This document shows, piece after piece, positions 27,456 to 39,113 of a stretch of DNA of 64,000 nt. The first letter of the stretch is position 1. Each line of letters starts with the position of its first letter. The position numbers and the translations under genes are program-made. This stretch comes from the human T2T-CHM13v2.0 reference genome, Homo sapiens. The DNA lies in the NCBI RefSeq assembly GCF_009914755.1, contig NC_060925.1. The stretch is one strand, 5' to 3'. The notes under the pieces are model-generated. The model did no database searches and was not told where the DNA came from. It saw only the letters and a list, made by a program, of their open reading frames with translations.

Positions 27456-28394
27456 TAGTTCCATAATGGTCACTCCCACACCTCACACAGGGAAGATATG
27501 CTACTACTTCAGTGCCTAAATTTCACAAGTGAAGCTAAACTGAGAATTTTATGTTTTATGCAAGTTCCAAAATTCAGGCTTGTTTTTTGATGTATGCAGT
27601 TTCCCATTCTTATTCACAGGGAAATAAAGTTAATTGAGCACGATAAGCTAAATATAACTAAACAAATTTCCAGACAGTTCACCTAAATGCCTCCAATCAT
27701 ATAAAGGCACCATCAGTGAGAAATGGCTACAGGGAGAGAGGGTTTACGATCATAGCTAAAGGGTGGAGACAGCTGTGAGCTCTGGAAGGTGACATACCTG
27801 TCCTTCTAGTTTAGCATCAAGGATAACTCTGTGCTAGATTACACGAACCATCCAGCCTCTGGGTATCCCAGTCATATTCCCAATATCAACCAAAGTTAAT
27901 AATTTAGTGTACATTTACTATGGGTCAAGTACTTCGATATTCATTCTCTCATGTAACCCTCATCACTTGGGAAACAGAGGAAAAGAGGGGTTAAGGTCTC
28001 ACAGCTGGTAAGTGGCTGAGACTTGGGCCTGGCTTTATATAAATCCAAAACCGATGCTATAATGAACATCTTTTTAAAATCTCATATTTTTAAATATACA
28101 ATTTCCCACCTTTTAAATGTGGGGGAAAGAAGAATACTTTATTTCTAGCACTATAATGAGGAGTTAGAATGGCTATATTATCTACACAAAGAAAACTATT
28201 TATAAAATTATTTTCTTTATTATATGGACATAAAAACTTCAGGAGGCTAGTGTTTTGTCTATTAAATAATGAAATATGTAATACTTGGGTATTACTTATA
28301 CTTGGGTATAAGGATGTTTTCCTTCTCTTGCCTCCTTAACAAGAGTCTAGGGGAAACTCTTAATGAGAAGTTCCCAAAAAAAAAGAAAAGAAAA

Positions 28395-28443
28395 GAAGGA
28401 AGGAAGGAAAGAAAGAAGGAAGGAAGGAAGGAGGGAAAGAAGG
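28395..28443 (+). repeat. (GGAA)n purine-rich repeat
   Basis: gaaggaaggaaggaaagaaagaaggaaggaaggaaggagggaaagaagg. Confidence 0.85.
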
Positions 28444-28899
28444 CAGACTCCAATCATTTATGAATTAAGGCCAAAATTGGAATTGGAAAAAAAATCAGAA
28501 GAATAACAATATCACATCCCCAAAATTACTATGCCTAGAAAATGACGTGAAATCACTGCTGCCACTGTAACCCTATTGGATGACAGGGTAGAGCTGTCAA
28601 AGTTTTGTAAAAAGTATTTTGGTCAGCCAAAAACAAAAACAAAACAGCAAAACTTTGGCTTCTACCCAACTAAATGCTGACATAATTCAATAGTTTTTCA
28701 ATGATAACTTGAAAATAGTCAACAAGTAAAATATTCCTTTCTATTTACCTTTCATTGAAATCCATGATTAATTGTCTTTCACAACAGAAATAGCACATTC
28801 AGCTCTGAAAAGAACAATTTGTATTACTTTTCTCAAGATATGGTCTGGATATATGTTCTTTTGGTGCCAAGTTTAAGAAGTATTTTTCCCAACTTTTTA

Positions 28900-29240
<341 letters not shown>

Positions 29241-30984
29241 TAATAAGAAGATATATTAAAAAGGAAAGATCTTAACAGATGATGGTGTACATGAAAATGC
29301 CTATGGATGCACACGTCCCTTAAGTCAATGAGAGTAGAACCAGGCCCTGGTGAGGCAGGAGTCACATTTATGTAACGGCCTGTCCATTGGGGCTCTAGTC
29401 TAGCAAGGCTTGTTGTCAAGGGGAGTTACATAATCTCTTCCTTTTCCTTGGAGAGCTTTAATGGAGGGGAGGGAGAGACTACGATCTGTTAAGGGTGGTT
29501 TGGCTGCAATGCTGTCTGAAGGCATGAGAATGAACTCTAAGGCAGCTTCAGCATTGGAATAAGAGTCTGGGCCACACTCAACATCTTTGGAGTTCAACTG
29601 CTATCACTACCGTATTTGGCCACAGAAAGGAGGGGCCGTTCCAATCTTCCTTACAATTACTGCTCTAATTATTACATTATACTTTCACAATTTAATCCCT
29701 TTATTTGCCTCACTGCCTTTTTGGGGCTAAGTGAGCACCACAGTGTGATGTCTGATGATGTAGCTAGCAGGGTAGCCTCACCAAGTGCTGCGCAGCTGCC
29801 AGCTACAAGCACAGCCAGGTGGGCAAGTCCAGAGTGCTAATCTGGACAGTGACATCTCTGTCTCCTGCTCAAAATCCTTGAAACTTGCTCTCTCCAATAC
29901 GGAGTAAAACTGAGCACATACATCAATGCCAAGAATCACCCTGTGCTTTGCTCTGTTAAGCTTTTGGTAGCATTTCAGCATCCTAAAGAATAATCATGCA
30001 TAGAATTCCAATTGCTCTATTCTAATTATTGCTCAGTAAATAACTATTGCAGAGCTATTAATGTCTAACCTATAAAATGTTTTGAGACATGTATTAGGAA
30101 ATTTTTTCACACTGTTATTCTATCTTTACAAAACATACCGAAGACTCGAGGGTTTAATCCCCTCAACCCTAAAAATTGTTACTTCCTCAAGGCAGGAGAC
30201 ATTTGTTAGAGGAATTCATCTCAATCCACAACCTTTGGGAACAAAGCTTTAATAAAATGTGGATAAGAGGACACTCCAACCAGCCTGCTGTCTGAATCAC
30301 AGGTTCTCAGTAAATATTCGTTGAATAAATGGGAGTGGTTTTCACACTGAGAACCTCTTGCTTATATCAGCGCACTCAGTGCTCATGAATTTATCCCAAA
30401 ATATTTGCTTATCTTTGTGTAGTTAAAATTCAGAGCTGTGTAAACTGAGTTAACAAAATCAAATTAATAACAGTTTGAATTGTATATACTTTGTAACCAT
30501 AAGGATTATAACACTGTGGAACAATGGCTGGTAAACACCCAAAGATTTGAGGTGTGCTTTCATTCTCAAGTTTTGTAGTGTTACCAAATAGACTGAAGAG
30601 ATTTCTCAAATGCTCAGAAGTGATGAAAAGCCTTGTGCACAGACCATTGTTTTTAGCTTTCTCGCTTTCCATGTGATTTTATATTTCATTTTAAACTTAA
30701 GTATTCTGAGGTTAATGCCTTCAATTTATAGATGAGGATAAAGAAAATAAAAATCCAGTAAATGAAAGATTTTTGTAAGAAAATATCAATAAATATAGCA
30801 ACGATGAGCCAGAAATTATAAAGATACAGCTATGAAGATGTTTAGGACATTCATATGTACTGCATACTAACTTGGTTTTGTGCTCTTCATTTAAAACTAT
30901 GAAAGGCTATGAAAAGATTAGGATTAAGTATCTCATCTACTATGTAAGAGTATGATGTCTTGAGAAATTGTGCTTTGGGTAAAC

Positions 30985-31280
30985 TTTTTTTTTTTTTTTT
31001 TTTGAGACTGTGTCTAGCTCTGTCACCCCAGGCTGGAGTGCAATCATGGCTCACTGCAACCTCCAATTCCTGGGCTCAAGCAATCCTTCTGCCTCAACCT
31101 TTCCAGTAGCCACGACTACAGGTGCATGCCACCATGCTCAACTAATTTGTAAATTTTTTATAGAGACAGGGTTCTCACTTTGTTGCCCAGATTAATCTCT
31201 TGAACTTTTGGCCTTAAGGGATCCTCCAGCCTCAGCCTCCCAAAGTGGTGGGATTACAGGCATGAGCCACTGCACCTGAC
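30985..31280 (-). mobile_element. Alu (AluJ-like)
   Basis: Poly-T plus reverse-complement Alu. Confidence 0.93.
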
Positions 31281-31447
31281 TAAGTAAACATTTTGATTGT
31301 GTTCTCATCAGCCACAGATCAAGGAAGTTATGTAACAGACAACAAAAAAGCAAGGGAGAGCCAGTACAAGTAAGGATTGTCACTAAAATATTCAGTGCAA
31401 CTGATGAAGAAGAGTTGAATTTCCAGATGCTCTTAAAAGGGAAGGTG

Positions 31448-31745
<298 letters not shown>

Positions 31746-31982
31746 GGGGGAGAAGGTGGGAGACTGCTCTATGTACACATAAAGGGTTTCAGAATCATGT
31801 TTTGTGAAAATATTTAAAAGGATTAGCACTTAACAAACATTACTTCTTTTGTACTTTGAAAACTAGTACGTCACAAAATTATGAAGGCTCCACATAAATT
31901 AGTTTCAGTTCTGTCCAGCAAGGGGCCATTAGATGATGATGGTCTATGGTCAGTGGTGAATCAGCAGTAGCATGGTCTAGAG

Positions 31983-32168
31983 CAGGGGGTCTAAATTTGA
32001 ATTAGCATCAGGATTACCCAGAGGGTTGGTAAAATGCAGATTGCTAGGCCCACCCTCAGAGATTCTGTTTGAGTTAATACAGGATGGGGCCTGGGAACTT
32101 GCATTTCTTACATTTTCCCAGATGATGCTGGTACTGCTGGTACAGCCACTGCACTTTGAGAACTGTTG
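31983..32168. mobile_element. MER5A hAT-Charlie MITE
   Basis: gcatcaggattaccc...aaaatgcagattgctaggccc...gatgatgctg...cactttgagaac; preceded by GTCTAGAG. Confidence 0.75.
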
Positions 32169-32193
32169 GCAAATAATACAACACAGTACAGTG

Positions 32194-32373
32194 CAGTGTT
32201 TCTTAACTTTGCCTTTACATTAAGCATCACCTAGGAAGCTTTCAAAAACCCCCCTTTCCCTGGCTGTACCCAAGACCAATTAATTCAGAATTTGGGGACA
32301 TGAGCCCTGACATCAGCATGTTTTTTTAAGTCTTCCACTGATTCCAATGAGCTGGCAAGCTTGAGAACCACTG
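32194..32373. mobile_element. MER5B/MER5A1-like MITE
   Basis: cagtgtttcttaacttt...catcacctaggaagctt...ttgagaaccactg. Confidence 0.65.
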
Positions 32374-32865
32374 ATATGTGGGAAGATAGACTTTGTGTCC
32401 ATAACTGGTTGTTAGGAAGACACATTTTGTAAACCACTGAGCAGAACCATTGGTGTGCTGTGGATCCTCAAAATATATTTTTTTCTTCCCCTATTTTCTT
32501 CAAAAGTGAATTACAAGAGACCTAAAAACGTGAAATCTAATTTTTTTGCCAGAATATATATCTATAGCTTTTTCATGAACTGAATTCTAGATCTGTAGAT
32601 TACCAGTTTAAAAGGGCATAAACAAATTTCAGTCCTATTTTTCTACACTGTATGGCGGAAATAATGTTATTTATAAATCTGAAATCTATGAAGTTTGGGG
32701 TATATATCACTTATATATGTTGGAGGTATATTTTATCATTCAATGCCATTTTATTGGTATAATTTGGAAGGTTTTTTTTAATATAAATTCATTTAAAAGT
32801 TAGAAAAAGTATATCCAACCATAAGGAAAAAAGAAAGATGAGTAGGTAATTAAATTTGTCTAGAG

Positions 32866-33061
32866 CAGTGATTCTTAAAATTGGTCCCTGGACCGGCAGC
32901 ATCATCAGCATTACCTGAAAATTTGTTAAAAATATACAATCTCAGGCAGGCCCCCACCCCAGATCTAATGAATCAGAAATTCTGGAGGTAGGACCCAGGA
33001 ATCTGCATTTTAACAAGATTTCCAGATGATTTTAATGCACACTCAAGTTTGGAAATCACTG
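32866..33061. mobile_element. MER5A MITE (opposite orientation to the 31983 copy)
   Basis: cagtgattcttaaaa...caagtttggaaatcactg; 8-bp hAT TSD GTCTAGAG/GTCTAAAG. Confidence 0.8.
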
Positions 33062-33444
33062 GTCTAAAGTATTTATTATTTCCATGCATCTGTAAGAAGA
33101 TCCAAAGGGGTCAAAAACACTGTTAGTCCAATGTGCATTTGTACAGTTGCTATATAGACCCACATTGCTCTAATAATAACTATGCTCTTGTAAACTCTAC
33201 CCAAAGTTTATTATCCTTGCACCATTAAAGCTTAACAGTAAGAGGAAAATTAATAGATATGGAGTATATCTGGGGGGATTTTATTCTATAAATCTTCCAC
33301 TATCAATTGTAATCTATTTCCATTTTCTACTCAAGAGAGAATTAAAACTATGATACTTGACTTATGAGAATAAGAATAAGGAAAAACAAAAACCCATCAT
33401 GTGAGGTTGGAAGTGGGGAGAGTATTCCCAGGTCCGACACTAAC

Positions 33445-33860
33445 CTTGAATTGTCCTCTTGAAGAATGCCTTGCAGGCTTCACATGATGCTACCCCATAG
33501 TGGTACCCAGAAGCGATGTCACCACACACTAAACACAGTCTCTTGGGCATCGAGTTGAGCATGTATTCACACTTGGTCTGGGGATCTTCAACAATGGTGC
33601 TGGAGCAGTCATCATACAGTTTCCTGACAGGCCCACTACCTCCCAGGATAGGAGCAGAAGGGTAGAGAGGTGGCGAGTCAAGTCCGTTCTGATGGCCATT
33701 CATGGTTGAACTGTAGCTCCCACTGGCGTCTGAAGAGCCACCAGGGCTGTGGTGGTTGACGCTGTCCGTCAGGGAGGCTGGGCTGGAAGGTTCCGTCTTG
33801 ATGAAGGACGAACAGCTGGAATCAATGTGTCGATCTTTGTTTGACATTCTGCAGAGAAGC
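33445..33860 (-). CDS. ESRRG: ESRRG coding exon (416 bp): A/B domain (AF-1) and first C4 zinc finger of the DNA-binding domain
   Basis: Translates to (E)[30 protein letters not shown]...[34 protein letters not shown](G), the ERRgamma sequence with the ERR P-box EACKA. Acceptor ...ctcaatctcag|GCT at 33861/33860; donor CAAG|gttagt at 33445/33444. The short-isoform ATG is at 33847-33845. Confidence 0.99.
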
Positions 33861-35339
33861 CTGAGATTGAGGAGATACAAAGAGAGACAGAAAGAGGAGA
33901 GAGTGTCAAGCACAGAGACCAAAAGAGGTAGAAACAAAAGAGATGGTGAAAAATAGAGAAAGGGAAAGGGAAAGGTAAAAGGAGGAAAAAAACAGAATTC
34001 ATATGTTAAAGACATTGCTCTTTGAGAGAGTTTCCTAAGGGCTAGGGACTACACATCATTCATTCTCTAGTCAATACTTCTTGTTCTACAAGAAGGTAAT
34101 CAGCATAAGGGCATGACAGGGTTACAACAAAGGGCCCAGACAGGCCATAAACAAAAGCTCTAAAGAGTCCGATTGCTTTTATTTTACCTTTCTCTTGGAG
34201 AACCAGTGTCAATATCTAACTCAACTCTAGATTCTAAATTTATCAATGGAAGAGGTGGTGATTTGCAAAGTCTATACCATTTCTAAAATTGTATTTATCC
34301 TCATTCTACCTTTCCTTCCTCATTCTGATGCTGCAATCATTTTATTATGAGCAGAATAAAACTTTTATTTTCAAGACTGAACAGATGATCCTCAGCTCTG
34401 TAATTACTGTTTGTCAGCACGCTTCCATAAGCATAACTGTGTCTTATTGATCTGACTAAAACACATAGGGAATATATCCTCAATCACTTTGTTTCTTTAT
34501 TTAAATTGCTCTATTTCATAGCCATTTGGCAATATAGAAAGACATCAAGTATAAAATTCCAGCCAATATTTAAAGATTATTCCTAGAGCCTGCAAAACTT
34601 AGTGACTCATCACCAACATTCATTAATAAATACGTGCATGTGTTTCTTATGTGTGATTTGCCATTATTTAAGAGATGAATCAGTAAAAGCCATTTGAGCC
34701 TTCAGTATACCTGTAAGTCCACAAATCTGATATTATATGTATATTATCTGATACTATAAAATCTGATGTTATATTTACATTCAGTAAAGTAGAAATGTAG
34801 CATATTTTGTCCTAAAAAATATATTTGTGATGGTCCTTCCCCCACTTCTTTTTGCCATTTAACATTATACCTCCTAAAAGGAAAAATGATGAAACATCTA
34901 ATCTGACACACTGTTTCTCTTATCTAGAAGAAACACTTCATCCCTTTTTCTTTGTTGTTCTCACAAGTGACCGAATTTCTGGAAAGGTAATTAGATGAAA
35001 AGATATAATTGGTCCTATTTTCTTTTCATTTAGCCATTGTGCAAAACCTCGTTTAGCAAAATGTCTAAGAAGCTTCTGAGAGCCCACTACAGAAAGAAGA
35101 GGTGACAGTCAAGAAAGGGACTTAGATAATTGCCTCCCAGTGGAAAATTGATTTATGGGAATCCCTCTGGGTAATGGTCATTCACTAGAATTTGGGGGAC
35201 TCATCACAGGATAACCAAAGGGATGCAATTATCTCTTTCACTATAAATCTAATGATATTTGATCATTGCACAAATTTCATGCCCTCCTCCAGGTCCTCCA
35301 TTGTTCTGTTACTTCAAAATGAAGAAAAATATGGAACTT

Positions 35340-35760
35340 TTCTGGCAGGAAGTTTCACTTAACTGTTCCAAGAAGGCGGTCTCAGGAGCAAAGCGTTGAG
35401 GCAAGATTTGCCTCTTACCAAAGATATTTCACTTTGAGAAATCTTGCACAGCTTTCTGAAGTCAAGCAGTATCAGGATGTGAAGAAAGCAAATAGGAAGG
35501 CGAAAGCCACGAAAATATCTTCGTACTTTCGCCCACCCACTTGTGTTGTCCTTTCCTCAAGAACTAGCGAAAGAAAAAAATATCCCCCTCGCCAGCCTGA
35601 ACTACGGCGTCCTCTCTCTTCTGCATCTGCTGCCTTGTACCCGTCACTGTTAATGAACGTTGTAATTAATAGATCGCTCTCCTTGTCTCCTTAGCACTCT
35701 GGGCTAAGCACTTTCCTCAAGTCATCGTTTGAAAGAAAGCGGGTCGGCACTGACTTACAG
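35340..35760. promoter_or_regulatory. CpG-enriched unique patch; candidate intronic promoter/enhancer
   Basis: 16 CpGs counted in ~370 bp (35377-35746) of non-repeat sequence; ETS core CAGGAAGT at 35346-35353. Confidence 0.4.
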
Positions 35761-36559
35761 CAGCCCTGTGAATTCCTTTTAATTTAGAGCACTTACACCA
35801 CCACTTCACTTATTACCTTATAATTACTGGACTGTGGGCACATACATTATGATCTTAGACTAGAGTTAGAAGTTTTTAGGGTACTAAACCATGCTTGCTC
35901 CCCTTTCCTCTCTCCAGCACTGAATTTCCCACAGCTATGACAATTAACTCTTTCACCATCTGCCTACAAGGCACCGTTTTTTAATTTGGAATTTTTTTTT
36001 TCTTTTTTTTTTTTTTATCCAGAGGAGAGTTGCTTGGGGCTGCTTGATCTTCAGACCCTCTTTTTAAATTTTTTTTCCCTCTCTCTCTTTTCCTGTATCT
36101 TCCATGGTCACTTTCACCCCAATTTTCTTTTTTTCAGGCTCTTCCTCATGGACTTGCAAAATTTGCAGAACTCTTGATTTAAAGAACAAGGCCAGAAATT
36201 GCCCTCCCATTTATGGATCAGTTATTTGCTAAGCCATCAAATATTTATGTGTCAAATGCATGTTGTTAAAGTCCCTGAAAAATAGGGACTCTCCAGCAAG
36301 TTGTCTCATCGAAAATCTCAGTCCATAACTTGGCAATAGGCTGGATAAAACAAGGAAATTCGGGACGTACAAGCTGCCAGAAAGGTCCTTAAAACAGAAG
36401 CACTGTCTTCTCCTAAACAAGGTCTGGCCACTGGAGCCATACATGAAAGTGAACCAACTGGATTTGTGCTGTAGGTTGTACGTGTTTTTGGCCTGCCACG
36501 AACTGTTTCCTTAATTAATATCTTTTGCCCAGTGGAAATAATAAAAGTCAGAATTGCCA

Positions 36560-36760
36560 TTTATCAAGTGCTTATTATGTGCCAGGCACTGAGCTGAGCA
36601 CTTTACAAATATTACCTCATTGAATCCCCAAGATAACTTCGTAAGGGAGGTATTTCTCTTTAGGAAACCGAGCCTCAGACCTTTCAAAATTTGCTGAGGG
36701 TCATACAGCTAGGAAGCAGTACAGCCTGAATCTGAACTCAGGCCTGACTTCAAAGACCAG
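36560..36760 (-). mobile_element. MIR
   Basis: gtgcttattatgtgccaggcactgagctgagcactttaca...ggtcatacagctaggaag...tctgaactcaggcctgacttcaaag. Confidence 0.7.
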
Positions 36761-37663
36761 AGCAGAAATGTCTTGAAGACAACAGAGTTTTTAATGGTGT
36801 TTATTTACTCAATTTTAATAAATAAGCAAGCAAGCAAGGTAGAGGTGGCACGCAGAGATCTACTACTTTTATTTCTCAGCAATTATATCCACAGCCCACG
36901 CATAAGTGGAAAAGGGGTGAAGGGGCCACTGCGCTGGTTGGCTGGTTGCAGGTCTGCCCTACTGCATCACCCACCCAGGGTGTGCAGTGACACCTAAACA
37001 GAATCTCTGAACCAACACAGTTGTCTCCTAATTACTACTTAGCTCATTACACTGAACACTTCCTAGACACTATTATATTATAACCTAAAACTACAGCGAG
37101 TCTTAATTCTCTGCCTCTCTGTCTCTGAAATTCTACAGCTCTATTATTCAAGTCTGAAATATTCACAACTATCTATAAATTCAATTGTCAGCTGGTGGGT
37201 TTTATTCTAGACTTCACTTCAATCTAAAATTAGAGGCACTAAAATTCACATTAACTCTAAGAGGAATGTAGTGAATAGGACTTTATTTCAAAAGAACACC
37301 TTTTTGTCAGAAAGAGCCATTTTCAAAATGATGGCTTTATCTGTAGCCAAAGAGAATAAGCCCAATTCCACATTGTGCTGTTAATGCAGAAATTTTAAGT
37401 CACATTGGATTAATAAAAATCTAAATTTAGTTAAGAATTATGAATAGAAATAACATGTGTCGAAATATGTGGGAAATATTTATTTTAAAGCCTTAGTATG
37501 GTTACTATTATTATTTTAAGAGAAATGGTGAGATGAACAGGGAGCAAGACCAGCTAACTAACTCCCTTCCCAAAACCTCTGAATGAACCCCCTGAGAATA
37601 AACTAGAGGGGGAAATAACAATGTCAAGAATAACCTTTAGTTTCTATATGAGACACTAGGTTT

Positions 37664-37860
37664 TATTTTATTATTATTATACTTTAAGTTTTAGGGTACG
37701 TGTGCACAACATGCTGGTTTGTTACACATGTATACATGTGCCATGTTGGTGTGCTGCACCCATTAACTCGTCATTTACATTAGGTATATCTCCTAATGCT
37801 ATCCCTCCCTGCTCCCCCCACCCGACAACAGGCCCCAGTGTGTGATGTTCCCCTTCCTGC
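37664..37860 (-). mobile_element. L1PA 3' end, heavily 5'-truncated (~200 bp)
   Basis: ttattatactttaagttttagggtacgtgtgcacaac...ttccccttcctg is the L1PA 3'UTR reverse complement; perfect 16-bp TSD ATGAGACACTAGGTTT at 37648-37663 and 37861-37876. Confidence 0.95.
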
Positions 37861-39076
37861 ATGAGACACTAGGTTTGAGGAATTTAACAGCCTACCTGAA
37901 ATTTCAGGACTTTAAAAAGCATTTCAAAACAGTTTGAGATATAGCATCAAATAATTCTGATGATCATACTTCAACCTAGGATGTCATTTCCTAGCCCTGC
38001 TTAGGGTCAGCAAGGGTGAAAATTATCTTTGGCATTAGATACTAATGATCAGCCAAATAAAATGTCTTAGTTGTTTCACTATTTAAAGAAGTAATTTTTG
38101 AAAGTTAATTAATGGTGTGTATATGTGTGCACATAGAGAGAGTGAGAGAAAGAAAGAATAAGAATTAAAGTTGCTGCTGTGGGGGAGAAAAGGATAATCT
38201 GTAAGTTAATGTTCAATTTCTATTGTAATTATCAAGCTTAATTGTTTTCGGAGATTCTACCTACATCCAGGTAAATGTGTGATCGTGAATGAACCGTCAG
38301 GAGTTTGAATTCCCACATGCACGTGCTGATGTTCAAAGTGGTCTGCATTTCGATGGAAGGTCTGAAGCTCAGCCAGTGCTTGTATTTGTTAAACTCTGGA
38401 ATAACAATAATGTTCCATAGGGTTATACATTATTAACCCTTTCACCGAAATACAAGTTCTTAACAAGCAGCTGTATTTCATCATGTGAATTTTACACAGA
38501 TCTTGAATTCATTTGCTACTGTATTTCCACCCTAAAACAAATGGAGAAATAAATGGGAAAATGGGTGCATAAAATTCTCATAAGGAATGTGTGTACAGAT
38601 CATCTTAGATCTTCTCATGTGTTATACTAAGGCAATATCTTCTGCAACTTTTACTATATCTATACCAATAGTAAACGCTTTGGTAGGCTAAATAAATGTC
38701 AATTAAAGAAGTTAACACAATTTCTATTCTTCTTTGTCATCCTTAAGGGCCTGGAAAGGTAATCATCATCATTATAAATTCCAAATGCTTTAAAAATTTA
38801 TTTCCAATGTTTTTGTATAAGGACACAATGCAGCGAATCTCCAAGTTTACATACAAATACAGAGATAAGAAGAGTCCTCAGCTCCTCTGTGTGATTCATC
38901 AGAATCACAGAATTTCAGGGACAGAAAAGAAGGTTATCAAGTCCCACCACCTAATCACTACTGATTCAAAACAAAAATGAATCTATGGGGACTGGTTGAT
39001 TTTCTACATTCTGAAATTACCAGATTAAATATTTAAGTATTTGTGTTTTAAAAAATAAAAAGCTCTTAATACTCTA

Positions 39077-39078
<2 letters not shown>

Positions 39079-39110
<32 letters not shown>
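39079..39110 (+). repeat. (GT)16 microsatellite
   Basis: Perfect dinucleotide run. Confidence 0.95.

Positions 39111-39113
<3 letters not shown>

Noticed and set aside
33440-33444. Stop codon ending the 191-aa ORF
   Set aside because: The TAG lies inside the donor site (G|gttag). The frame continues in the exon at 7457.
33861-34015. Hydrophobic N-terminal extension ([19 protein letters not shown]...) of the 191-aa ORF, resembling a signal or TM segment
   Set aside because: It is the translated intronic polypyrimidine tract. The real exon starts at 33860 after a canonical acceptor.
34722-34775. Three degenerate ATCTGATATTATA units resembling a repeat array
   Set aside because: Short AT-rich slippage repeat with no spacer structure. 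CRISPR is not applicable to human DNA.
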